A stretch of 64,000 nucleotides of DNA from Clostridia bacterium (GTDB lineage Bacteria > Bacillota > Clostridia > Oscillospirales > CAG-272): assembly GCA_017938885.1 (NCBI GenBank), contig JAGBAS010000093.1, positions 3,190 through 67,189 of the forward strand, given 5' to 3'. The first letter of the stretch is position 1. The number at the start of each line of letters is the position of its first letter. Positions 17,826 through 27,536 of this stretch are shown in pieces. The notes under the pieces are model-generated. The model searched no databases. It was not told the DNA's origin and was given only the letters and a program-made list of their open reading frames with translations. The position numbers and the translations under genes were made by a program.

Positions 17826-20822
17826 CTATTGGGTTTCTTTCTTTTTCCTAAGCGCTACGGCGGCACCTGTCGTCAGAACAATCCCAGTACAGGTAATCCC
17901 TATGGCAGAAGAACAACCGGATTTCGCTACGTTGTCTTCGGTAACCGTTTCCGCTGTTTTCAAAGCTTCCTCGGTAGCAGTCAATCGAGCCACCAGATCA
18001 TTGACTGCGTTCTGGGTCACGGGACCAGTACGACTGAAAGCTTCAGCTTCAGCAAGAATCTGTTCAACAGCATTTCGCGTTTCTTCGCTTATACCCGACA
18101 TATCATATGCCTTAAGAGAAGCAATGGCAACATCCAATGCAGTAAAGTCAATACCCGTGGGATTTAAGGCGTTTATTTTTTCCATTAGGAACACGGCTGC
18201 CACGGTTACGGCATTTTGCGGAACATCGGCATCCATAAGCCCCAAGGCATTTTCATAAGCTTGTTCGGCCTCAGCCCACGTTTCGGGAGAATAATCCTCT
18301 TCTCTGAGGGATGCCATAAGATAAATGGCATCATTTAGCTCAGTACGATCAGGGTTATGGAGAATGATAAGCGTGCAACGGAGAGACAGTTGCAAAGGAT
18401 TTACTGTCAAGCTTCCATCGGGAATGACAGGATAGCCCTTCAGAACATATGTTCCACCCGAAGTTGTATCAAGTTCCTCCATTTCCCATGTCAAGGTATA
18501 TCCCGCCGTTTTTCCTTCCTCATCTGAAAACTTGGCCGTTTCGGGCAGTTTTTCGAGGAGTTCCTCTTTGGAGATACCGCGATTCACAACAAGAGTCAAG
18601 GGATTGTCTTGTACCTTGATCATCGCGATCTGTATCTCGGGAGCGGCAGATGCCAAAGGTGTAAAATAGACCGATTCGGCGGTAAAAACACCGTTCTCCG
18701 TAGCATTGACCCCTACACAACCTTGGATGGCGAACTGATCCGATACGGTTTCGCTGAGCAGTTGTCCGTTGGCTTCAATTCGCAGACGCTTCCCTGCGAG
18801 CGTTACACATAGAGTGAATCCATCCAACACATTTACGGTCTTACCTTGAACATCCGGAAGCTGGATCCGTTTACCGTTGCAATATACGTTAAGATTACCT
18901 CCTCGCGTAATACCGACATAGAGATGACCATCTCCCTCGGAGGCTTTTATGAAAAAGCCGGCAGAGGCATTTGAACCGCATCCCTCGTTAAAGCGGAAAT
19001 GACCTGTAGCATGGAAATTTTCGTAGGTCTCAGACGTGTCTATAAAGAAATTCAACAATGCATCGTCAGCGCCGCCCTTGAGTGTAGTTTTTCCGTCTGA
19101 GGTACTCCAATTACCCACAGAAAGCACCTTATCAAGGGGTACTTTGGCAAGAGAATGTGCCTCTGAACCGTCTGTGGAAATATCGCTGATGACATAGTGG
19201 CGGGTCAAAACCTTACTAATAGAAGCACCTCTGACGGTCGCCACACGGAGCGTGTGGAAGGAAGCTTCACCAGCTTTACCGATGGTGATGGGACCTTCAT
19301 AAAGAGTAGACTCTGCTGTGGGATACGAACCATCCAGCGTATAGTAGACCTTTGCGCCCTCAACAGGTGGAGTGATCGTCACGGTTTGAGGTCCATCGTA
19401 AAGGCCGCTCGCAAGATCAACCGAAGGTACCTCGGGAGGCGTTTCGCTCAATGCGAAGTCACCCTTCAGACGATAAAGCTTACCTTGACCGATCTCAAAA
19501 GAATCGGTGAGCTTTCCCTCCGAAATATCCATGGGAATGTACTCGCCCGTATATGGATCCAGATATTCGATCGCTTCAATCCCCGTAGACAGATCCACAA
19601 AGAACTCCATATCGGCGCCACGTCGCAGGGACTTATTGAAAAGCATCATATAGGGTTCGGTACCGTCTTTGGCCACCATATAACTGATAACAAATTCTGC
19701 TCGGCCGTCGGGGACGATAAAAAAGTCAGCGGGCAAATATTCCACACCTGACACGGCGTTGTCTGTATGATATGCGTGAACTGTATCCAAATTCATGAGC
19801 GCATCGGACAGACCTCGGATCTCCCAGTTCAATTCGCTCCATGCGGCGAAAAGCTCGGGATCTCGAATGGTACCGTCTCTGTAGATCAAACTATCTCGGA
19901 ATCCCTCACCCTCGGTGTCGGAATTTCCGGGGCAGACAAGATTGAACCAAGAAAGCGCCTTGAAGCCATAAGAAAGATAAGCATAAACGTTCCAGCGCAT
20001 TTCATCAATGTTAGGCATTCGCATGCCGTTCCATGCTGTCGATTGCGGAAAAGCATGGGTTTTAAGTTTACCGTTTTCGTAGGCTACCGAGCGAAGCACT
20101 TCCATGTCGGCAAAAATGCCGAGGTTGTTGGCTCTTTCTTGGAAGGGATAATAATCATGGGAGAGGTATGCCAGATTTTCTGCCCCTACCAATTCGACGT
20201 AACGCTCAACGTGCTCTCGATATGATCCTCCTAACCAAGCGCTTCCCGCATAGCTGGGGAGGAGATTGGTATAGGGATAGCGGGCAGGATCTGCTTTGCG
20301 GTACTCACGCATAATATCCGCAACGCTTTGTAAAGCTGCACCGCCCGGCTCATCTACGATATGATAGCCGATACAATGCTCTTTGCCCGCAGCATATTCA
20401 ACGCCTACGGCAATATTGGCCGCATCCATGTTGCCATTCATAAGATAGACCATATTTCGCCTGGCATACTGCTCTTCCACGTTGTTCCAATATTCCGCGT
20501 CATACATAGCCCCCGCGCCAAAATCGCGTGGGAACATATTGAAATTGATACCGGCTGCGGCCATCTGATCCAACTGCTCTTCGTAACTATCCGTTTCAAA
20601 AGAATAGAAGGATACCCATGAACCTATGAGCAGATCATCGGTAGTAACATCATCATTTTTTAGTTTCTCACGATACGCTGCTTTTTTTGCCTCATAATCG
20701 GTTTCTTCCGCAAAACTCTGCAAGGGGGGTAAAATAGCGGGTATTAAAGTAGACACAAGCATAACCCCAGCAACTAGCTTACAGAGGGCTAAAAGCCACC
20801 CGCTTTTATTTGGATGTTTCAT
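17826..20822 (-). CDS. Secreted multidomain glycosidase-like protein (TIM barrel paralogous to 43640-46330; chitobiase-C-like module, LamG-like module, FIVAR-like helices) with a C-terminal GCSS-TM-RKKKE anchor
   Basis: Signal peptide ending SFAEE. GYHIVDEP, YLSHDYYPF and AYLSYGFKALSWF are collinear with GYHLIDEP, YLSFDNYPF and ALAYGFKWVKYWSWF in 43640-46330. KVYYTLDGSYPTAESTLYEGPITI is a chitobiase/FN3-associated motif. The C-terminus is SGCSSAIGITCTGIVLTTGAAVALRKKKETQ. Confidence 0.75.
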   Translation of the reverse strand: MKHPNKSGWLLALCKLVAGVMLVSTLIPAILPPLQSFAEETDYEAKKAAYREKLKNDDVTTDDLLIGSWVSFYSFETDSYEEQLDQMAAAGINFNMFPRDFGAGAMYDAEYWNNVEEQYARRNMVYLMNGNMDAANIAVGVEYAAGKEHCIGYHIVDEPGGAALQSVADIMREYRKADPARYPYTNLLPSYAGSAWLGGSYREHVERYVELVGAENLAYLSHDYYPFQERANNLGIFADMEVLRSVAYENGKLKTHAFPQSTAWNGMRMPNIDEMRWNVYAYLSYGFKALSWFNLVCPGNSDTEGEGFRDSLIYRDGTIRDPELFAAWSELNWEIRGLSDALMNLDTVHAYHTDNAVSGVEYLPADFFIVPDGRAEFVISYMVAKDGTEPYMMLFNKSLRRGADMEFFVDLSTGIEAIEYLDPYTGEYIPMDISEGKLTDSFEIGQGKLYRLKGDFALSETPPEVPSVDLASGLYDGPQTVTITPPVEGAKVYYTLDGSYPTAESTLYEGPITIGKAGEASFHTLRVATVRGASISKVLTRHYVISDISTDGSEAHSLAKVPLDKVLSVGNWSTSDGKTTLKGGADDALLNFFIDTSETYENFHATGHFRFNEGCGSNASAGFFIKASEGDGHLYVGITRGGNLNVYCNGKRIQLPDVQGKTVNVLDGFTLCVTLAGKRLRIEANGQLLSETVSDQFAIQGCVGVNATENGVFTAESVYFTPLASAAPEIQIAMIKVQDNPLTLVVNRGISKEELLEKLPETAKFSDEEGKTAGYTLTWEMEELDTTSGGTYVLKGYPVIPDGSLTVNPLQLSLRCTLIILHNPDRTELNDAIYLMASLREEDYSPETWAEAEQAYENALGLMDADVPQNAVTVAAVFLMEKINALNPTGIDFTALDVAIASLKAYDMSGISEETRNAVEQILAEAEAFSRTGPVTQNAVNDLVARLTATEEALKTAETVTEDNVAKSGCSSAIGITCTGIVLTTGAAVALRKKKETQ

Positions 20823-20876
20823 AATTTTTGATATTCCTTAGTACATATATTCTGATATATCCCCGATTCATGTAGA

Positions 20877-20902
20877 CTCCCCCACCCTTGCGGGCGGGGG
20901 AG
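20877..20902 (-). repeat. 11-bp GC-rich stem-loop with a GNRA loop, copy 2
   Basis: The minus strand reads CTCCCCCGCCC-GCAA-GGGTGGGGGAG. It lies between the stop of 20987-24460 and the start of 17826-20822. Confidence 0.7.
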
Positions 20903-20986
20903 CGGCTCCCTTAAGAAAGGAAGGGTAATTTGTTTGGTTAACAATCCGCCCGTATCCGACGCGGACATCTACCTACCGGTATATCC

Positions 20987-23900
20987 TTACACTTCAGATT
21001 CTTTTTTCTTGCGCAAGGTCAGAGCGGAAGCACCCATAACAGCTACAACTACCAAACCACCAACGGCCACAGACGACTTACAGCCCTTCTTCTTGGGAGG
21101 CTCTGTGGGATCGGTGGGCGCCTCGGTGGGAGTCTCAGTGTCGGGCGTAACGGTAGTATCCGACTCGACGGGCTCCGTCTCGATACCGGGAGCCTGTGCA
21201 CCCAGGGTGGTGAAGCTATACTTGAAACGCTCACCGGGAGCCACGTCACCGCTGACGTAGAACTCCATGATGTCGCCGTCCTTTTGCATATTGTCGCTCC
21301 ACTTGAAATTCACGGTGAAGTCACCCTCACCGATACCAAGTGCGGAACGGGGGATGGTCACCACCATGGTATCGCCGCTGACGGTGTAGGCTACCTCGGC
21401 CGCCTTCTCCCAGTTCCAGCCGCCTGTGGATCTCTCCAGGGTCGCCTTGTCGGCGGTGGGATTTTCGCGGTTGAGCATATACTCAAAGGTCTCCCAGCTC
21501 TTGTCATCTTCCACGCCGACCACGTCGATGAACAGTCTCATCCACGCTTTGTTGGTGTAAGGAGTGATGTCCTCAGCGGTCTTGACCATGAAGTACAGGT
21601 TTTCAGCGTCGTAGGTCACGCGTGACTCCACGAAGTCGTTACGACCCGTGGTGTTGGTGTAGTGGTAATCCTTATAGCCGTCGTAATCGCGGTGGAGGGT
21701 GTTGCCCTCGTAGGCGCGATAGACGGGAGTGACAGCAGACCAGTCGATGGAGGCGGCGGAATCCACCTTGACGGCGCCCGAGGATACGGGCTGGGAATCC
21801 ATGCCCTTGAACTTGCGGATGTAGGATACCATCTGATTGTAGAAGTGATCCTTGAGCATGCCCGTGGAGGGTTCGATATCGCGGGAGTAGCCGTCGGTGG
21901 CGTTGTCGGGCAGGGCGTTAGGATAGCCCCACATATCGGTGGTACGACCCACCTGCCACTCGTTCCAGCCGGTGATGTACACGAAGGTGGGATCAACTTC
22001 AAGTACGTACTCCCATTGCTCGGCAATGTTCAGACCCGCCATCACAGCCTCATCCGAGGTGTTGACGCCGTACTTGTTTGTATATCCGCGGCCAAAGACC
22101 ATGTCACCCGCGTTCATGGGGGTAAGGCCTTGCTTATCCGACCAGTTCTGCGCCACGCAGACGCACATTTCCTCTACATCCTTGGTGCCCCTCAGATACA
22201 TCTTCTCCTGAGGATAGACCGAGATCCACTTCCATTGTGTATATCTGCGGAAGCCTGCGGGAGGAGCAAAGGTGATGCGGTCAGATACGTCACTTTCCTT
22301 GATCAGCTCTTGATTTTCATTGTAAGAGGGATTGATGGGGCGATAGGAGAAAAACTCGTAAGCCTCCTTGCCGCCCTCCAGCTTTTTCAGTTCCTCGGGA
22401 TAGCCCAGCAGCAGAGGCTTATCCTCCCAGTAGAACCACAGATCCTGATAGAGCCCCTTGGAGTAGATCTTGTCGTACAGCTCCTTGATCTGAATGGCCG
22501 TCTCATTGTAGGCATACATATTCAGCATGGCAGAGATCTGCGGAGTCTTGACTCCGTCAGCTCTTGCCTCTGCCCAGACCTCGCAGAGGGTGAGAATGGC
22601 GTCGATGAAGTTCATGGTACCGTTGGTGTTATCGAAGAACACCACATCCACGCCCGCGTCGGCCAGAAGCTCGGCTTGCTTACGGAGTACCCAACGATCG
22701 ATGCCGTTGTTGTAGTAGCCCCACAGGGGCTCATTCCAGAAGCAGTTGGTCTGGCCATTCCATGCGGGATGATAAAAATCGTTCTTTGCCTCGGGGTACT
22801 GCTTGAGCAGCTCGGTGACGTTGATAACGTCGCGGTAGGCGAAGGCAGAGTGCCAGGTGTGGTAGAAAATACCTACATACTTCCCTTCGCGCTTCTCGCC
22901 CGTTTCTGAGGCATTGGGTAGCACACGGTCAAGACCGTCGGTACCCACCCAGTAAACAGAATCATCGGTGATGAAATCCTGGGCGGTGGGGGCGGTGGGG
23001 ACTGTGACCTCCGCGTTACCCACAGTACGGGCAACAAGGCTGATGCCAGCTTTGGAAGTGTAGAGATAATGGTTGGCCTTGTCGGAGGCCTGCTCCACCA
23101 TGGCGACCGTCATGCCCTCGGTGCCGCCGCTGACCACGAACAGATATTCGCCCGCGGCAAATTCACCGCTGAGGGTCGCCCAGCTGCTACGCGACACATT
23201 GCTCAGGGCTGCCTTAGCCAAAGGCTGTCCCTTGACGCTTTGGCTGTAGTTGCCGTCCCACTTGTAGAGGGATAGGGTCAGGGTGTTATCTCCCGTGGGA
23301 ACGGTGGGGATGAACACCTCACAGCCGCCGAAAGCCTTGGTAGCCTTGAACTGTACGCCGTATTTAGCGTCGGCGTTCATCTTGTATTCCACCGTGTCTC
23401 CCCAAGGATAGAAATCGGACTCGGAGGGAGCCAGTTCTACGGCATTGGGATCCACGTCGCTGATGGGACCGAAGGGTGCTTCCGCGTCGGATCTGTACTT
23501 CAGCCACACAGCGGGGCAGAAATCCGAGATCGCGTCGGCGTGGTAGCTTCTGACGTTCTCACGGGGCTTTTCATTACCCCAAGAGCCCACCTCCTCGGCG
23601 GAATTTACGGAAATATTCTTGATGTACAACAGATATTCACCTGCTTCCATATCGTCAAAACTGAAAGTCAAGACTGTATTATCGGGGAAATCTATATAGT
23701 CCTTGGAGGCGAGAGGCTCGCCCTTCAGGGTCTTGTCATAGGAAGTGTCCCACTTATACAGGGATAAACGGAGAGAGCCGATATTGTTGTTCCAGCTGGC
23801 GGAGGCAAGATCCAACGCGAAAAATGTAGCGGTGCAATTGAACTGGATGGCCGCGTTGGAGGAGATCACCTTGGCTCCGGCAGAAGAATTCTCATCCTGC

Positions 23901-24460
23901 AAAGCGGCGTCATGAACTGTGTTGGTATTGTTACCGCCGGATACGCTGCCTGCAGGCATGATCTTCATAGAATACAGATTGGGACCATCGCATCCCATGG
24001 TGACGCGGATCGTATGCTTGCCTTGGGAAAAATTAACTTGCGCATGCGACGAATCGCACCAGGTTCGCCAGCCGCGACCTGCGATTGTATTTTGCAAACG
24101 GATCGGCTCGCCGCCGTCCACGGAAATGTTATAGGTGCCTGTCTTATCAAGCCACCCGAAGGAGAAGCACAGATCATAATCCCCTGCCATCTCCACATTG
24201 ATTTCAAATTCAAAAAAGTCCCCATTGCGTACACCGTCAAAATATGCGGGGCCCATGGATTTTTCAAGATAAAGATTGCCGCCGAAAGCGGTGCCCTTAT
24301 CGTCATCGGTAAAAATCTCACCGAAGACGATTTCGGTAGTTTGTGAGCCGCTGACCGAAGTCGCGTCTTCCGCGATGACGGGCAGAACGGCGAAATTGCT
24401 CATGATGAGCAAAACGGCCAGAGTTGCTGCCAGAATTCGTTTAAAATTTAGCTTTTTCAT
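20987..24460 (-). CDS. Secreted multidomain glycosidase-like protein: CBM6/35-like module, repeated beta-sandwich modules, TIM-barrel-like domain paralogous to 4671-7937, C-terminal GCKS-TM-RKKKE anchor
   Basis: Signal peptide MKKLNFKRILAATLAVLLIMSNFAVLPVIAED. CBM-like segment: FGEIFTDDDKGTAFGGNLYLEKSMGPAYFDGVRNGDFFEFEINVEMAGDYDLCFSFGW...GKHTIRV. The paralog motifs are listed under 4671-7937. The C-terminus is KKKGCKSSVAVGGLVVVAVMGASALTLRKKKESEV. Confidence 0.8.
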   Translation of the reverse strand: MKKLNFKRILAATLAVLLIMSNFAVLPVIAEDATSVSGSQTTEIVFGEIFTDDDKGTAFGGNLYLEKSMGPAYFDGVRNGDFFEFEINVEMAGDYDLCFSFGWLDKTGTYNISVDGGEPIRLQNTIAGRGWRTWCDSSHAQVNFSQGKHTIRVTMGCDGPNLYSMKIMPAGSVSGGNNTNTVHDAALQDENSSAGAKVISSNAAIQFNCTATFFALDLASASWNNNIGSLRLSLYKWDTSYDKTLKGEPLASKDYIDFPDNTVLTFSFDDMEAGEYLLYIKNISVNSAEEVGSWGNEKPRENVRSYHADAISDFCPAVWLKYRSDAEAPFGPISDVDPNAVELAPSESDFYPWGDTVEYKMNADAKYGVQFKATKAFGGCEVFIPTVPTGDNTLTLSLYKWDGNYSQSVKGQPLAKAALSNVSRSSWATLSGEFAAGEYLFVVSGGTEGMTVAMVEQASDKANHYLYTSKAGISLVARTVGNAEVTVPTAPTAQDFITDDSVYWVGTDGLDRVLPNASETGEKREGKYVGIFYHTWHSAFAYRDVINVTELLKQYPEAKNDFYHPAWNGQTNCFWNEPLWGYYNNGIDRWVLRKQAELLADAGVDVVFFDNTNGTMNFIDAILTLCEVWAEARADGVKTPQISAMLNMYAYNETAIQIKELYDKIYSKGLYQDLWFYWEDKPLLLGYPEELKKLEGGKEAYEFFSYRPINPSYNENQELIKESDVSDRITFAPPAGFRRYTQWKWISVYPQEKMYLRGTKDVEEMCVCVAQNWSDKQGLTPMNAGDMVFGRGYTNKYGVNTSDEAVMAGLNIAEQWEYVLEVDPTFVYITGWNEWQVGRTTDMWGYPNALPDNATDGYSRDIEPSTGMLKDHFYNQMVSYIRKFKGMDSQPVSSGAVKVDSAASIDWSAVTPVYRAYEGNTLHRDYDGYKDYHYTNTTGRNDFVESRVTYDAENLYFMVKTAEDITPYTNKAWMRLFIDVVGVEDDKSWETFEYMLNRENPTADKATLERSTGGWNWEKAAEVAYTVSGDTMVVTIPRSALGIGEGDFTVNFKWSDNMQKDGDIMEFYVSGDVAPGERFKYSFTTLGAQAPGIETEPVESDTTVTPDTETPTEAPTDPTEPPKKKGCKSSVAVGGLVVVAVMGASALTLRKKKESEV

Positions 24461-24516
24461 ATGCGCTCCTTATGATGAAAGACAACCTTGAGCGTACAAG
24501 GTATGGAAGATGCGGC

Positions 24517-24553
24517 AAAAAAATGCAAAGGAGGGGGACAAGCGTCCCCCTCC
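24517..24553 (-). terminator. Intrinsic terminator after 24624-27194
   Basis: The minus strand reads GGAGGGGGAC-gctt-GTCCCCCTCC followed by tttgcattttttt. Confidence 0.75.
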
Positions 24554-24623
24554 GAAAATGAATGTCATATGGAGTGTCAGAAGAAACAAATTCTCCAAAC
24601 GTTTCCATTTAAGGAGATAGACG

Positions 24624-27194
24624 TTACTGAACGGGATATACGTACAATTCGTAAATGGAGAACCAGTAGTCAACGTTATCGTCGACGGCACTGCGAGTAA
24701 TCTTGATATAGCGGCCGGTAGCACCGTTCATATCAAATTCCAGCGTGAACGCAACAGGAGACATAGGCTTGCCCTCGCAGGCGCAAACCTCGGTATAATC
24801 CTCACCGTTTTCAGAAACGGAAATCGTGAAATCGCCCATAGCGTTCTCCAGCAGGAGATAAATTTTATCCAGTGTATAAACCGCCTCAAGGTCAAGAATC
24901 AGATTTGCTTCACCCTTAGGCAGAGCGCACCAACGGGTGTTCTCATCACCGTCGTTTGCGTAAATCGCCTCGTGCTGGGGCTTCTCAACGCTGTCGGCGG
25001 AAATGGGCTTATTCAAAGCAATGCTTTCGGGCATGGGTTCAACGTATGTAAACTTGATGCCATACACGTTGGGACCGTCGGAGCCCATGACCACACGAAC
25101 GGTATGCTCGCCCTCTGTCAAATTGATCTTGACAGGGCTGGAATCGCCCCATGCTCTCCAGTCTGTGCCGGGAATGGTGTTCACAATTTTGCCTGCCTCT
25201 GCGCCGTCCACGAGGATGGTGTACACACCGGTGTGATCCAGCCAACCGAAGACCATGCAAACGTTGTAGTCGCCTGCTGTCTTTACGTTGATCTTAAACT
25301 CCATCCAGTCATTGGTGCGTACTCCGTCGAAGTATGCGGGACCAAGGTTCTTCTCAATGTGCAGGTTGCCGTCAAAGAGAGTACCCTTGTCAGCATCCTC
25401 GTAGATCTCACCGAATACGACCTGAGTGGATTCCTCACCACTCACATCAATAATCGTTTCCTCGTCGGGATTCTCGGGTCTCTCAGCCTTTACTCCAACG
25501 GTAATAGTGGCAGCGAAAGCACCTTCCTTCAACTGACCATTGACGTAGGTCTCCAAACCGGCAACAACATCGGTCGCAGGCCAAGCCGTAAAGCAACCGC
25601 TACCTGTCAGATACTCAATCTCATAATAAATGTCGCCGCCGATAAAGAGCTCAACGGGAATATCCATCACAAAGGTAGCGTTATCCTGATGGTTTTCGCC
25701 GGTGATTGCAAACAAAGGTTCGCCCGCAACAGTGGTTGCGTAGTCGGTGTTCCACTGCCAAACCTTGAAGGACCAGGTGTTGGTATTACCATCGGTGTAA
25801 GTAGCCAGATCCATGATGGTGACCTTTTTCAGGATATTCTCACCAATCTGACCTCTCTGACCAAACTTCATGTCGGGGGCACCGCTGAAGGGCGCGCCGG
25901 CGGGATCACGGAGGCCAAGAATCAAGGTCTCATCCTTATGGTAAGGAACAATGACCACCTTCAATTCTTCACGGAGACGAACCACAGTACCGTCCTCCAA
26001 CATAGCCACGAAGCCAACGGTATGTACGCCGCTTTCCAGCTCTGACAGGGGAACCAGAATCTCAAAACGAGAAGCGTGCTCACCGCCGGCGGCCTTAACA
26101 TCGTCTCCGGTATCAGCTGCAAAATCCTTGTAGATCATCTTGTAGCTATCAATGTAATAGCCAAAGCTCGCAATGGACTGAGTAAATCCAATCCATCCGC
26201 GAAGCATCATAGAATCGCAAAGATCGTCCATACCGAAGGTGACTGTATTGTTCTGAGCGGTCAGCTTATCGCCCGCACCGCCGTCCTCGGGGAAATACAT
26301 CTGGCCGTTCACATAGAAAGTGTCGAAGGAAAGATTGACCTTCCCTGCTGCATCGGGCTCAACGTAAGGAGGATTGACCTTCAACTCATACGCTTCAGCT
26401 GCCTCGATCGAATGGAAGAAAGCGACATAGCTCACGTCTACGGAGCAGCCCTCAGGAAGCTCGTAGCGAGCGTAGGCAAGACCGTCAGGCTTATAGGGCT
26501 GACCGTTCTCGTCTAATTTGTAACCAGCCTCAATAGGATCAAGTCGGAAGAAGGAAACGTGCTGGCCGTTATAAATGCCTGCATCGATCAGAGATTGGGT
26601 ATCAAAAATTGCAAGATGCCATTCACCGTCAACAATCGCGGGCTGACGGAGCATAGAACCGTCATCAACAGGAGCAGTTCCGTGAGAACCAATGTAGAGC
26701 TGTACGTCTGCGCCAACTGCATCTGCGGTCCGATAACGGATCACCACGTAGCGCGCACCCTTTACATTCGCAAAGGGATACCAATAGGGATCGGGTCCCT
26801 TGGGAACTACATGCAGGTATCCGTTGACAACCTCGGTAGCCTCAATCTCATTTGCGCCGGTCAGCGTATTCAAAGCTTCGGCATCAAATACGTTCACAGG
26901 CTCCATAGGATCCGCCGTGGTTTGCTCCTCGGTGGGATCCTCAGGCTTATCGGTAGGAGTCTCAGGCTTGTCTGTAGGCGCCTCTGTGGGATCCTCAGGC
27001 TCAACAGTAGGAGCCTCGGTGGGATCGTCGGGCTCAGCAGTAGGAGCCTCGGTGGGATCGTCAGGCTCTACGGTAGGAGTCTCGACGGTGGTATCGCCAA
27101 TCGTGGTGTCTTCGGGGTTCTTATCACCGGTACAAGCCACAGCGGTAATCACCAGAGCGAGCATGAGAATTGCGATCAAAAGCAGTTTCTTCAT
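24624..27194 (-). CDS. Lipoprotein with carbohydrate-binding-type modules (CBM6/35-like, F5/8 type C discoidin) and no recognisable catalytic domain
   Basis: Lipobox LALVITAVAC, with a repeated EPDDPTEAPT linker. The CBM segment is close to that of 20987-24460 (FGEIYEDADKGTLFDGNLHIEKNLGPAYFDGVRTNDWMEFKINVKTAGDYNVCMVFGW). C-terminal discoidin: ANDGDENTRWCA...GRYIKITR...WFSIYELYVY. Confidence 0.75.
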   Translation of the reverse strand: MKKLLLIAILMLALVITAVACTGDKNPEDTTIGDTTVETPTVEPDDPTEAPTAEPDDPTEAPTVEPEDPTEAPTDKPETPTDKPEDPTEEQTTADPMEPVNVFDAEALNTLTGANEIEATEVVNGYLHVVPKGPDPYWYPFANVKGARYVVIRYRTADAVGADVQLYIGSHGTAPVDDGSMLRQPAIVDGEWHLAIFDTQSLIDAGIYNGQHVSFFRLDPIEAGYKLDENGQPYKPDGLAYARYELPEGCSVDVSYVAFFHSIEAAEAYELKVNPPYVEPDAAGKVNLSFDTFYVNGQMYFPEDGGAGDKLTAQNNTVTFGMDDLCDSMMLRGWIGFTQSIASFGYYIDSYKMIYKDFAADTGDDVKAAGGEHASRFEILVPLSELESGVHTVGFVAMLEDGTVVRLREELKVVIVPYHKDETLILGLRDPAGAPFSGAPDMKFGQRGQIGENILKKVTIMDLATYTDGNTNTWSFKVWQWNTDYATTVAGEPLFAITGENHQDNATFVMDIPVELFIGGDIYYEIEYLTGSGCFTAWPATDVVAGLETYVNGQLKEGAFAATITVGVKAERPENPDEETIIDVSGEESTQVVFGEIYEDADKGTLFDGNLHIEKNLGPAYFDGVRTNDWMEFKINVKTAGDYNVCMVFGWLDHTGVYTILVDGAEAGKIVNTIPGTDWRAWGDSSPVKINLTEGEHTVRVVMGSDGPNVYGIKFTYVEPMPESIALNKPISADSVEKPQHEAIYANDGDENTRWCALPKGEANLILDLEAVYTLDKIYLLLENAMGDFTISVSENGEDYTEVCACEGKPMSPVAFTLEFDMNGATGRYIKITRSAVDDNVDYWFSIYELYVYPVQ

Positions 27195-27312
27195 GGGGGG
27201 ATTTCCTTTCTTGATTTTTTTAGCTTCAGCTTACGCCGACCGCTTATAGTGTCGCTTCCTTTGATCAAAAAACTTTTGCGATATACGGCATGCAAAGCTT
27301 TAGCGTATATAT

Positions 27313-27385
27313 ATTATATCACGACATAATTTGCCCGTCAATCCAGTTTTTCTTGCCATTATTGTGTCGCCATTTTACTTTTTTA
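27313..27385 (-). promoter_or_regulatory. Promoter plus conserved upstream operator of 24624-27194
   Basis: Minus strand: TTGACG (27336-27341), N17, TGaTATAAT (27313-27321). It is preceded by GTAAAATggCGACACaATaaTgGCAAgAaAAACtGGA, which recurs at 30077-30118. Confidence 0.65.
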
Positions 27386-27536
27386 CAGATTTATCTGTTA
27401 CCCTTCGTGTATGTATAAAAAAGAAGGCTCCCGCCTCTTTCTCCGACGAGTTCGGAGTGTTGAAGCGAGAGTCTCTTCGTTTTCTTTTTTTATTTCAGGG
27501 ACATAACTTTTGACTTCTTTCCATAATGATTTTGCA

